Source of the DNA: Orbicella franksi
Taxonomy: Eukaryota
NCBI GenBank assembly: GCA_964199315.1
Contig: OZ116700.1
Coordinates: forward strand, 4,092,001 to 4,156,000
Direction of reading: 5' to 3'
DNA: 64,000 bases
Below are positions 1-11,400 of this stretch, piece by piece. The translations under genes were made by a program, and so were the position numbers. The stretch's first letter is position 1. Every line of letters starts with the position of its first letter. A model generated the notes under the pieces. That model had not been told where the DNA came from. It was given only the letters and a program-made list of their open reading frames with translations, and ran no database searches.

Positions 1-95
1 GGCGCAGTAACAATTTTTGCCTTGCACCATACATTTCCATCTATTTCCCTCGGTAAAGGTAATTCCAAATGTATTGTTTTGCCACAATTGTTCAC

Positions 96-229
96 NNNNN
101 NNNNNNNNNNNNNNNNNNNNNNNNNNNNNNNNNNNNNNNNNNNNNNNNNNNNNNNNNNNNNNNNNNNNNNNNNNNNNNNNNNNNNNNNNNNNNNNNNNNN
201 NNNNNNNNNNNNNNNNNNNNNNNNNNNNN
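96..229. other. Assembly gap (run of N)
   Basis: 134 consecutive N. Confidence 0.99.
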
Positions 230-254
230 TGAAGTGGCTCTTCATCCACTGCAC

Positions 255-438
255 TGGAATTTAGAAGTGTTGATTTTTGTGGAGGGAGGAAAACCGGAGA
301 ACCTGGAGAAAAACCCTCGGAGCAAGGACGAGAACCAACAACAAACTCAACCCACATATGATGCCGGGTCCAGGAATCGAACTCAGGCCACATTGGTGGG
401 AGGCGAGTGCTCTCACCACTGAGCCATCCCTGCTCCCC
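255..438 (-). mobile_element. tRNA-derived SINE
   Basis: Minus strand reads GGGAGCAGGGATGGCTCAGTGGTGAGAGCACTCGCCTCCCACCAATGTGGCCTGAGTTCGATTCCTGG: Pol III A box (TGGCTCAGTGG) and B box (GTTCGATTCC). This is followed by a non-tRNA body (GGGTTGAGTTTGTTGTTGGTTCTC...), so it is not a true tRNA. Confidence 0.8.
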
Positions 439-1809
439 TTGGCATAGAACTCATGTTGAATGATCAAGGATAAAACAGATTGACATCTGAAAGAAATTGG
501 GGACATTAAAGAGAAAGACTGGAGAAAAGAATGGTTTGTCACATGTATTTTACATCACTTTTTGGAGGGAAGAGGGTGGGGGGGGGGGGGGGTTCATGGG
601 AGTATTGACTCTACTCTCTGGTCACCATGTTTGCAAAAAGTACTCATGCACCAAGTCCAGAATCACTTTCAAATGGCCAGGGATAGTACTAAAGAGGGTT
701 AACACAAACATGATTTTTCACCTCAATTACCCAAGCTGAGACTAGTCTAGCCACCCCCTAAATTTTGGGCACTGGTGCCACATTACAACTGGACTGATAT
801 ATTTATTTGTTGATAACTGGGAGTGCTGTGCTTTAAAATCGTGAGCACGGTGCTAAAAATTTCATGCGGCAACATGCAAATATGGTTTTATCAGACATTC
901 TCAATTCATAGCCACTAAACTGAAGATGGAGGGCTAGCAACAGAATCATACAAGAAAGCAATTAAGCCTAGTAGTTCAAGGTATTGTCAAAGTTTTGACA
1001 AAGACATTAGTAAATTGACATGATTATATAAATGTCTTTGTAAAACTACTTGAGCTATACTTTGGAGTTGAAAAGTACATTTGGATTATCTTCTGTTTAG
1101 GAAAATGTAGAAAGTCCAAGCTAAAGAACTGTCAACTGTGCTTTTATTCTAGTTTTATCAGAATCACCTAAATTGAAAATGAACAATTTGGATCATGGTG
1201 GTTTTAATTAATAAATCGATGTAGAACAGGTTATTAAATAAAATAACCGGGAAAAAAGGTACAATGTACTAGTATTGCATTAAGATGAACCAACAACTAA
1301 ATGTAAAAAATTGTCATGAAAAAGTACAGACAATTTTGTTTTAACGATTTTTCAACAAGATAAAATCTCGGTGAGCCGTCATTTAAGAATTTTGGAAATA
1401 AACCGTAGTTTAATGATTAATCACTCGAAAAATGAGAACTCCCGATCATTCGCCTGGAAAATTGGCGCTAAAATTTTAGCGATCGCTAAAAAAAAGAGAT
1501 TTTATAACCAGGGAAATTACCCCAAGTTGATTTCTCAACCATAACTCACAAATATCGGAAGGAAATTTTCTTTGAAACGGCCTGACTCTCACTACAATAG
1601 AGCATTACTTCCGATACGAAAAAGAACCCTATTTTGCATGAAATAACCAGCTGTCTACAGAACATTTCAGGCTAGAATATCAATTAAGGCGTGCAATATC
1701 GGTTCGCTCCGAGGAACTGTTCATATATTTTTGCATTCAAAACCGAACTTTAACCAGCCTATAGTTCAATAAAAATACTTTATAGGCAATTCACTGGCCC
1801 CACACTTAC

Positions 1810-2834
1810 CAATGAGCGGCAAACGGCCGGCACAGATCTAAATGAAAAGGCAGATTTTTGAGCTCGCGAAGACGAACGGACGCTTCCACATAGACAAACA
1901 GTAACCATAGGCTAACCGTTGGTAGGCATAAACCACGGTCTGAAAATATCAAAACAGTCCATTATTAGACCAAAGGACGAAGAGATATTTAGCTGTAGTT
2001 TTTTTGTAACAAAGAGACGGAAATCTATCGCGAGTAAAATTTAGTTTCCTGGCAAATTCACCGAATTCGAAGTTTGTATCTGATCCACCAGTCGACCTGA
2101 CGAAATGTAAACATTGAAAATCTTCGTCGTGTGAATTCAACTTACAACTAAGATGCCCGCCTCTAACGGCTCTAATCTGCTAAAATTGATCTATATGGAA
2201 TTACCTGTATGCCAGACGAATTGAACCCAAACATACGTGCTAGCAGCAAAGAACAACCAGTGTACAGGTAAAAACATCAAACACACTAAGTCTGAACAGA
2301 AAGCCAGTGTGAGGAAGAGCAGAGAGAAGGCCTGGAAAAAAATAACGGCGAAAATAAACGGCTACAACAACATTGCGGATGCTTAGACAATTTTCAGGGC
2401 GAACCACATTTATGATAGCAACCTTGCGATCAGTCAAAGGGCCAATGAACGACAAGTAACGAGTGATTTACGGTAAATTCACTTACCAAACCTTGGTACT
2501 TGAATGAGTCGTAAGCGCTCCGCAACAGTAGCCAAAAAGGCCAAAGATATTCAAAGCGAAACTCCAAAAGGAAGTCCGCCGTCAACACCATAATCCATAC
2601 TAAGAAAAATCTGACGTACAGAAATACACTAGAAGGGATAAAAATTTAGAACAGGTTAGAAAACCGACTTTATATCCGAAGTTATATGAAATGTGAGTGG
2701 AACTGAAGTGGCCAGAGGCCAAACGACCCGACACAACAACACTTCGACTTTTACCTTCCATAAATCGATTCTGTGATGCGAGAACGTTTTAAAGGCCTTC
2801 TGAGCTTTGAAGGATCAATACTTCTTCTCTTCAT
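1810..2834 (-). CDS. MACO1: Macoilin (TMEM57), 5' exons 1-4; the rest of the gene lies in the gap or outside the window
   Basis: Exons 2834-2755, 2628-2487, 2331-2205 and 1939-1810 all have GT/AG boundaries and consistent phases. They translate to MKRRSIDPSKLRRPLKRSRITESIYGSVFLYVRFFLVWIMVLTADFLLEFRFEYLWPFWLLLRSAYDSFKYQGLAFSLLFLTLAFCSDLVCLMFLPVHWLFFAASTYVWVQFVWHTDRGLCLPTVSLWLLFVYVEASVRLRELKNLPFHLDLCRPFAAHC, which matches the macoilin N-terminus (LEFRFEYLWPFWL, DLCRPFAAHC). The ORF track misses it because the exons are short. No IGYP exon 5 was found in 230-1800. Confidence 0.95.
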
Positions 2835-2962
2835 TTCGACGTGTGGCTCATCGAATGTGGTTTTCCGAACGCGTGAATATGGAAAATATAAAATTAGTCA
2901 GTGGGGAAAACGGACAACTGAAACTGATTTCCCTAAGTAATCGCTCATTGCGCTTGCGTGGA

Positions 2963-2970
2963 TGACGTCA
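2963..2970. promoter_or_regulatory. Perfect CRE palindrome in the probable macoilin promoter
   Basis: TGACGTCA about 130 bp upstream of the macoilin ATG, in a locally GC/CpG-rich patch. Function is inferred. Confidence 0.4.
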
Positions 2971-5660
2971 CACGGCGGCCATGACATAGCGGCCATTCCC
3001 TCGCTCCCGCCCCTCTCGTTCAGGGTCAATAAATAACACACCTGGGATCTCTTCCAAAAATATATTTTCCTATCAAACCTGTGAAAATAAAGCTTGGTTA
3101 CAAGCTCTTTGCATTCTTAAGGGGAACTGAACTTCCTAGTCGCTAAAGAAAGAAAGAGAGCTTTGTATGAACTGAATTCCACCCTTCCGTGACCGGTCAT
3201 CGACTGACTGAACAGTGACAAGAAATCTTAGATCTATCTTTTCACCCCTTTACATTACATTGTTTTACAATTTAGATTCGTGCAATTATCATAGCAGCCA
3301 ATGACAAACTATTGAATTAAAAAAAATACAAAGATAAGGAAAAAATTTAAGATGATATCGAAAAAACATAATGGTGAGGGGGCGGACCAGCTCAATGGGG
3401 GAGGGGGTGTTTAATCACAACCTTATTCGTACAACGAACCTCTTTACGACCCTTTACGAGAGGAGATCCTTCAGATGAGGAAGGGTGTCTGTCAAGTGAA
3501 GAAGCTAGGTTTTCAGCAAAAATGAATTAAACCTTTAAAACCAATGGTGGAGTGTTTTAATAAGTAGTAAACGCAGAGCACGAGTTAACCTCGAGCGCGA
3601 ATTCAGACCATGTGAGCTTCAGTCACGCGTCAAGTTCAACTCGGCGGTCTGGTTTTGTTTGTTTTTTGTTTTTTTTTCTTTGGTTACATTGGGCTGCTAG
3701 TAAAATAAGGAACGTTGCAATGGGTAAAGGAACTCAGCGCACAGAGAGCCTTGTTTGGTTAGCTTGAGAAGCTCTCAGGTCAGCCTAAATTGCGCTCTGG
3801 TTACTACTAAAATAACTCTAACTTGACTTTTCTTCAACTCTCTATAACCGTAAGGGTTTCAGACGTTTCACATCGTGCAACCCTCACACTGGTAAGAGCT
3901 ACAACTGCTGTCGAGTCAGTGCTACCTAAGCTAACCGGAGAGCCATTTGGTAAACCAAAGCGTCGTTTACGCCAACAGGGGTGCTACTCAGGCGAAATCA
4001 AAATAAATAACAAAAAAATCTACGTGGACTCGCGTGACACCGTTTCCCGTAACGCTGTTACGCGTTTTACTTACAACTGCAACATTATGTACATATCTAA
4101 ACAAGACTGAGGCCTAGAGGCCTTAACGCGGATGGTTTTTAAGTTTGCAGTGATCATCATTGGTTTCTGTGCGAAGATACAGGCCCAGTAACGAAATTAA
4201 GTGAAAAAGGTGAATGTTTTTTTTCTAAAGGAAAGAGAAAACCTTAGTGTTATTATTCCCCCCCCCCACCCCCACCCCCCTTCTAAGGAGATGCGCTTAT
4301 CAATCATGGACTTACCTGCACAGCCTCGGGCCATTAAATTTTTGCGGCAAAACGTCTGGGCGTTTTTTTCTGTGCGAAGATTTGTTGGGCAAAATTTCCA
4401 AGCTCCACACAAACTGACAAAGATTTGGCTTTTGTGACAGTTCCCTTTTCCTTTATGCTACGTTTAAAACAGGGAAAGGGAAATCGAGGAATGGGGAATA
4501 GAGAATGGGGAATGGGGAATAGCGGCCCAATTACTGCAAGGCACGATTTCACAGGCTGTAATAAATATCTGTGTTCTAGTCGAGCTAGTCATTCGTTCAA
4601 GAGCTGCGGAACAAGGTGAAGAAACAAAACACTTAACGATGTAGTTTTTCACTCTACTCAAGTGATGATGTGTCCTTATTTGTGTTTATTGCAGAGTTAC
4701 AAGTTCTTATCCTTCGTTAAATTAGAGGCAGAAAGGTAAGAATTTATTCCCTCCACCAGACACAAACAGTGTTTTGATATTTTCCTGAATATAAGATAAA
4801 GGGAGTGGTTCTTGAGGATCGCTATTTGTTAATTTTAGTTAACAGGCTGTTCTGTGTTTTAGAAAGCGCAATCATGTTTCCCTCCCTGGCTTCTCAAAGA
4901 CGCTTGTGTTTTTACGCGCTCGACTTTTTGTTCCTCTTACTGACAGAAAGAGTTTCTTTTGAAAGTGGGTCCCTAGGTTAATCAATCGTATCCCTCTTTA
5001 CCGATTTAATTGCTTATGTTCCCCGTCAGTTTTATTTGTAACCGGTCAGTTCACTTGTTGCCAAAACCAATAGAGCCAATGCTTTCTCCTATGATATGGT
5101 TTTCCTCCAACACGATTTGTTAAGTTTCTTTCCAACGTCAACAGCTTCTTGGAAGAGCACAACGTTATTCGCAATATTTTTCACTCACGCGATTATTAGC
5201 AGTTTCAGAAGAACTCAGTTTTCTATTTTGTTCGCGCGAAAATTGAACACCAGATTGGACAGTAAGATCTCACCTTACCCACCCGTTTTATGCAGCCCTT
5301 TTTTTGTCGCATTTCGCTCGTCGATTCGGGTCACAAGCAATCCTCAGAAATGTCCTTTGCACAGTCGCTACCCAAGATGATCGACTATACCTTATTATAG
5401 GAAATTAATGCCTCATGAAGTGAATCCGAATTTTGGTTGACGATGATGATCAAGAGAAGCGAACACGGCCGCTGCGCGCTGTTCAATAAATTATGAGCCG
5501 GAGAAATTCTGTTACTAGAGTTTCATAATGTTATTTTTTTAAATCAACAGCGATTTTTTTCTGTGGTGTTTTTAAGGTTCGCTGCTTTCTTCTTAAGCAA
5601 AACGCAAATTTAAGACGGCAATTTTTTGAATGAGCGAACGACCATTGCTTATATAGCCTA

Positions 5661-5956
5661 CATCTCATTAATCCCCTACATATACCTACACAGCTTACAT
5701 CTCATTAATCCCCCACATATACCTACACAGCTTACATCTCATCAATCCCTCACATATACCTACACAGCCTACATCTCATTAATCCCCCACATATACCTAC
5801 ACAGCCTACATCTCATTAATCCCCCACATATACCTACACAGCCTACATCTCATTTATCCCCCACACATGCCAACAGAGCTTTCATCGTATTAATTCCCAA
5901 CACATACCTACACAGCCCACATCTCATGAATCCCTCACATTTACCTTCACAGTTTG
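5661..5956. repeat. 37-bp minisatellite, ~8 copies
   Basis: Unit CATCTCATTAATCCCCCACATATACCTACACAGCCTA starts at 5661, 5698, 5735, 5772, 5809, 5846, 5883 and 5920; the last three copies are diverged. Confidence 0.95.
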
Positions 5957-6521
5957 CATTTCATTAAATCGTTTCTGGAGTCATTACTCATTATATTCAG
6001 TGGTTATCGACTCATGTAGAACCAAGTAACCTTAAGATATCTTGGAACAAGTATCGTTCTTCAAATTATCCGTTCACTTGCCGTGCGTTCAGCCGTTCGA
6101 ACGGATACCGTAAGGAACGTTTTCGCGTGAGAGGTCACATATTTGCCGATGCATTTTTGTGGTTGAATCGGCAGAGTTCTTCTTTTAACGACGCTTTTAG
6201 GGTCGAGAAAGTAACATTGGCGATGTGCTTACTTCTTTTCACGTGGCGCCCGATTGGTGAAAAAATTCTCCGTGGTGCGTGATTTAATAGAAAAATTCAG
6301 TGTGATGCGTGATTGGTACCCCACCTTTACCACCCTCTCAATTCCCCAATGGCTTCTCTTTAAAAAAGGGAAAGAGAAGAAATTGTTAAGAATTCAGGTC
6401 TATGATGGTACATGCGTAGATGATAAGCCACGTCAGTTCTCTAAATCTGGATCATGAAATGGAAAAAAAAGTGACAGCATGTACAAGCTGCGGTCATGAT
6501 TTTATACAAGCCGTGAGAGCC

Positions 6522-6554
<33 letters not shown>

Positions 6555-6741
6555 TCCAAAATTTTCAGGAAAATATCTTAACTCGAACATGGTAAAAATA
6601 AAAATGGCACAATACATGTAATGCAATCGTTCTATTGACATAAAATCAAGGTGGCCACAATACTGTAAACTTCCTCCCGTCCCAGAAAAGAGCGTTTTCA
6701 CATGACATCATGGCGGCGGTTTGCTCTTCCCCAAGCAGTTA

Positions 6742-6878
6742 ACCCGCAGAACAGGCGGATCAGCTGGGCATGGGCAGAGCGAGAAATGCGGCACACGAGC
6801 GCTGAGGGCGAACACGCACTCCACGCTCGTGTATTGCGTTTCGTACTCTGCCCCGTTAATCCGCCTGTTCAACAGGCT
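6742..6878. mobile_element. Short MITE-like element
   Basis: Inverted termini GAACAGGCGGAT (6749-6760) and ATCCGCCTGTTC (6859-6870) with a non-coding interior. Confidence 0.55.
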
Positions 6879-7037
6879 TCCAACTGCAATGGTAAAATTT
6901 CTGTCCTTTGGTCCCAGAATTAGTTCTATTCCTAAGAAAAAATCTCTTTGGTAACATTCGGTAACGTTTATAGAGGTTATATATGACCACCAAGTAAACG
7001 ATCTATTAGTGGGCTAGCACTGCTTCTGGTGTAGATG

Positions 7038-7268
7038 TAGACCGTTCACAGCCCTATATTTTCACTTATTTTTTGTTTAATCGTAGAACTCGCGGTTAGA
7101 ATCGCGAGAGAACTGGACGCCAACGACAAACGGGAGACTTGACGGGGTACGGGGTGAGGACAATTCGTTTAGCTTGCTTCGGTCGCATGCCCGCCCCCAC
7201 CACCTCAAGCTTCACGCTCGCTTTTTCCTTCTCGTGCGTTGAAAAATAAAGAGGCTGTGAACGGTCAA
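7038..7268. mobile_element. MITE-like element
   Basis: Terminal inverted repeats TAGACCGTTCACAGCC and GGCTGTGAACGGTCAA; no ORF. Confidence 0.7.
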
Positions 7269-7478
7269 GTGTAGATGAGAATGAAGTTCGCTTTTATGCA
7301 TTATGGAGTGGAGCAAAGTGTAATCATACTCTAAAAATGACAGAAACTCAGTTTCTGGTTTAATGTTTTTGTTTCCTTAGGATTCCTGTGGCATTACTTA
7401 GGTGTACAGTACTAATCTTAATTTTACATGTAGGCTATACGATAAATAAAAATTGAGTAAATGTAGTCAGGAGATGAC

Positions 7479-7635
7479 ATAATCGATAAAAGTGCTTTTT
7501 TTGTCACTGACTTGTATATTTTAGCAAGACGTTTCGGCTAACTCTTAAACCTTCATCAGAAGGCTTAAGAGTTAGCCAAAACGTCGTGCTAAAATACATA
7601 AGTCAGTGACAAAAAACGGCACTTTTATCGATTAT
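7479..7635. repeat. ~157-bp near-perfect palindrome containing a minimal hammerhead-ribozyme core (Penelope-like remnant)
   Basis: Two ~76-bp arms (ATAATCGATAAAAGTGC...CCTTC and GAAGG...GCACTTTTATCGATTAT) flank an ATCA loop. Minus strand 7559-7528 reads CTGATGA-AGGTTTAAGAGTTAGCC-GAAACGTC. Confidence 0.7.
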
Positions 7636-8442
7636 ATACGATAAATATTCAACATACAAATACATGCCACGCTTCCTGGCTGTGTTGCCGCCTGGGCGTT
7701 GAAGGCAACCTATAAATACATTAATAGTTACCTCGCCTTTGGCGAATGATTGTTAAATATATCCCAACACCCTATAAATTTATAGAAATATATTGCTTTT
7801 TGTGTCAATCAAACAAAAAATAACCGAGGTAAACTACTCCGCATTTGCCTTCTGAGTTAAGCAAAATTTTCCTCCTTCCTGCATGCTCAGCCAAATTGGG
7901 TTCTCCGTCACGAAATCAATATTTTGAACTATCCTTACCCTGAGAACATGGCCAGGATCAGCAAAAATGCTTTGATTAGGGGCTCGTATGACCTCTCAAT
8001 TCGACTCTTTAATTAAGACCGCAATTTCGGAGCAGCCAATTATTGGCAAGGTATAATTATTTTTTTAATAAATAAAAATGAAGACATAAGAACAAAAAGT
8101 AAAGATATATGCATAATTGGACTCATTATTAACCTATTTACGAAATTGAATTAAAAAATAAGGATTTTTTGCGATAATTTTCGAAACAATATTAGGACAA
8201 ATCCAGCAAAGTGACAAAAACTGACAACAGCTCAAAGAAACTGATCAGTGTAAAAAGTACACAAGTGCCGGGTTTATATCGACTCTGTATCAATTTGATA
8301 GCATTACCTCGCGAAAAGAATAACCAATAGGCACGACAGAAAATTATAGCTGTTTTATGCCTACTAAAGTGACTTGAGGAGCTTTTTGCAAATGCACTCT
8401 GCGAGCCGGATGCTGTTCGTTTCTCTTATTGGCTACAGAGTC

Positions 8443-11400
8443 CTATTCCCCGTCTGTGTCCTTTGACGCATGTGCAGTGTCCTCATTGCTATTGGCTATT
8501 GGCGTGGATTGTTCAAGCTTGTTTACAGGCGCAGGAGTTAAAGTCTCGTCATTTTTATGGGTGTCTGTTTTCTCCGAGACGCCGTGAGCAAGCTCTTCAC
8601 CATTCTCTACTTTGTACTTGTTGAGCTCAGGATCACTGATTATCGTGTTGTCCTGTTTGTTCTCTCCAACGTCGTTTTCGTCATCAGTTGTTACCGCGTT
8701 ATTTTGAATTCCGACTTCACCATCTTTTCCGTCTTCGCCCTTTTGCGTGGTTTGCTCAGCGTTGTTTGGTTCCCGAGTCTCTTCCACACAGCCTCCAGAC
8801 AGTGGTGAACCCGTAAGATCGTTCGCGCCGACTTTCTCTTCACTTCCAATCGATTCCAAGTGTAAACCGTCGTTCACTTTCTCAGCACTGTCACTCACCG
8901 AAGGAGGTCTGTTAACAGCAGGTCTCCAGCACATTAAGGACAGATAAACGGGCATAATACACAGTCCGTGAAGGAGACCGAGCACGACAATGCCGAAGAA
9001 CATTCGGAAGAATATCCGGAAGATCTCCGAAGCGGCGAACGCCAGCACGATCATGCCGAGGAAGGTACTGAATCCTGCAGCCACAAACACAAACAACAGT
9101 TAAAACTCACATAAAAGACACAGTGCGCCTTTCACAAACTAACAAAAGCTACCTGAATGGAAATATAGGAAACGTCGTATGCATATGTTCAGGGCATAAT
9201 ACAACAGAATTAATGACAGTAAAAATAATAATAAGAATTTAAAAAATCACTTTATTTAAGTGTCACTGTATTTATTTAGTACAAGCTGTTCTAATTGGGG
9301 ACGCTATACATGAAGAAACAATTCAAATAAAGGATATGATTACAAGTTATCTCAGTGTGGTCATTGACAAATTTGTGAGCTCCCCATTCGTGAACTTATC
9401 CTAGAAATTAAGTTAACACCAAGAAGGGTTTACATTGATTAGTTTTACTCGGTCTGTTCTCATCTCTTTTGCGACTGTTTACAAGTTTTACAATAACTGA
9501 GAGAGTTCTCGCGTGCTCATCGGTCAAGAGCCATGGCCAATGAAAGCAAAGAAAATGGAACCATGGAAAAATCTGATCGATCTGTGAAACATTCGTTAAA
9601 CGTTAGTTCTGGAAATTTTGAGGTCTATCTTGAAAAGTGTACGTCGTATGTAGCGATTAATGTTTTGATCCCTTCACATGCACCTGTTCCCTGGTCAGTG
9701 AATTCAAACTATACTGAGAATGTATTTTACTGGTAACACTAGAGAAATTTGGAAAGTACGAACCCAAGGTTGAGTTTAAATTGAAAACATTTATCTAAGC
9801 TTTCTACAATGCTAAATAAAGCTTCTCTGATAGGATAAAAAAGCTGACGTACCTCCCATTAAGACACTCGCACCCACAGTGCTCAAAGCTTCCACTACTC
9901 GCTCACTGGCTGTTAACTTGGTTGACGCGACGTACGCATGCGCAATGTGCGCGCTGTAATCGACTGCGAATCCAATAGCCATTACGAGGTTGATCATGGA
10001 CACGGTGTTAAGGGACACATTCCAGATAACCATCAGCCCAAATAGCTCGCAAATTAAGGCTGCAAAGTTGAGCACCACCAGTAACGCCACAGTACAGTCC
10101 ACCAGAAAGGGGCTTGTGACAATAAACACCGCTAGGCCTGCGATTATCAGGTTCCTTATTGTCTCCGTTGATATTAAAACATACTGTTCAAAGAATATAA
10201 ACGGTCGAGTGATTGGAAAGGCATCGAGTTTGGACTTTTCTGCGATGTCATCTCGGAGTGTAAGCATGGCGTTTTTCTGGAAGGTGGAGCTGCCGTCACT
10301 CTTCATAAAACCGAGGACACGAGAAGCTTGCAGCTTTGTGCCGTCTTCGGAAAACTTCAAGTCTTGATTGAAATAGGAAAAGTTGGAGATGCGAAGAAAT
10401 GCCTTCAACTCGGACAAAAATCTAGGACCGGTTATGTCCTTCTTATACATCTTGGCATACTGAGAAAATGAGTTCATCCAAGACAGTGATAGTTCCTTTC
10501 TGAAATAAGTATTGCTTGTGACTATATTTGTCAGCTCTCTGATCTGTTCCTGGGTGGAGTCCAGCTCGTAATCAATATCGCTATTCTCCACGATGCTCAC
10601 CGGAATGGACACATCAAAATTGTCTTCTTGAGCAGTCAAGAATCGCTTCAAGTAGGTATCATCTTTTGCCAGGATTCGTCTATCAAACGCTTCTTCCACT
10701 TGGGTTACTCCGTATATTCCAGCACCAAGCAGCAATAGCGAGAAGCATATGACCACACATTTCGTTACAGGATGGGTCAAGAACTTACCCCACCGCTGCA
10801 TGGCCCGATTTGAGGTCTGTGGACGAGGTTCGTCCCAGGCTGGCGCGCCCTCCTTTGGTTGAGGTGCAAAGCAGAATGGTAAACAATCTCTGCGGCCCGA
10901 TTTGATTCTTTTCACTTCATATGACATAATGGCCACGAAGAATGTCACAATCATGAGAAATGAAAAAGTGACTGTCAGCGCAGCGTAGATACAGAAATAC
11001 CTGAAGAAAACAAAAAGTGGCGTTTTACTTCGGGTAGACATGTAGCAAAACTAAAAAAACACTGACTTGAAGTTGAATTCAATTAAACCTTGCCGACGTT
11101 TCCTATGTCATTTAAGTGGGTACAAATAATACAGCTGCCAATTTTGAATGATTTCTTTCAGTGAACTGCCAACCATTAGAAGTAAGAACACCAAAAGCCC
11201 AAGCAATCGTGGTTAGATTATTTAGGACCGTACAAATTAAAGGAATACACGAGGGAATGAAAATGAATGGAAATGTAGATTTTCAGGTGAACGAACTTCT
11301 AAAAGGTCCAACCCTGTTGCACGAAATTTTCAAGATGCGTTCAAGGGAATTGTTGCAACATGGAATTTCTCTAAAGAAAATTGCATCATCTAGTACAATT

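Noticed and set aside
17-422. ORF-track entries spanning the N gap
   Set aside because: Artefacts of Ns and of the SINE sequence.
1800-2760. Cluster of tiny minus-strand exons, first suspected to be a non-coding snoRNA host gene
   Set aside because: The exons join in frame into macoilin; no box C/D or H/ACA pairs were found.
5626-5967. 113-aa ORF
   Set aside because: It is the translation of the 37-bp minisatellite.
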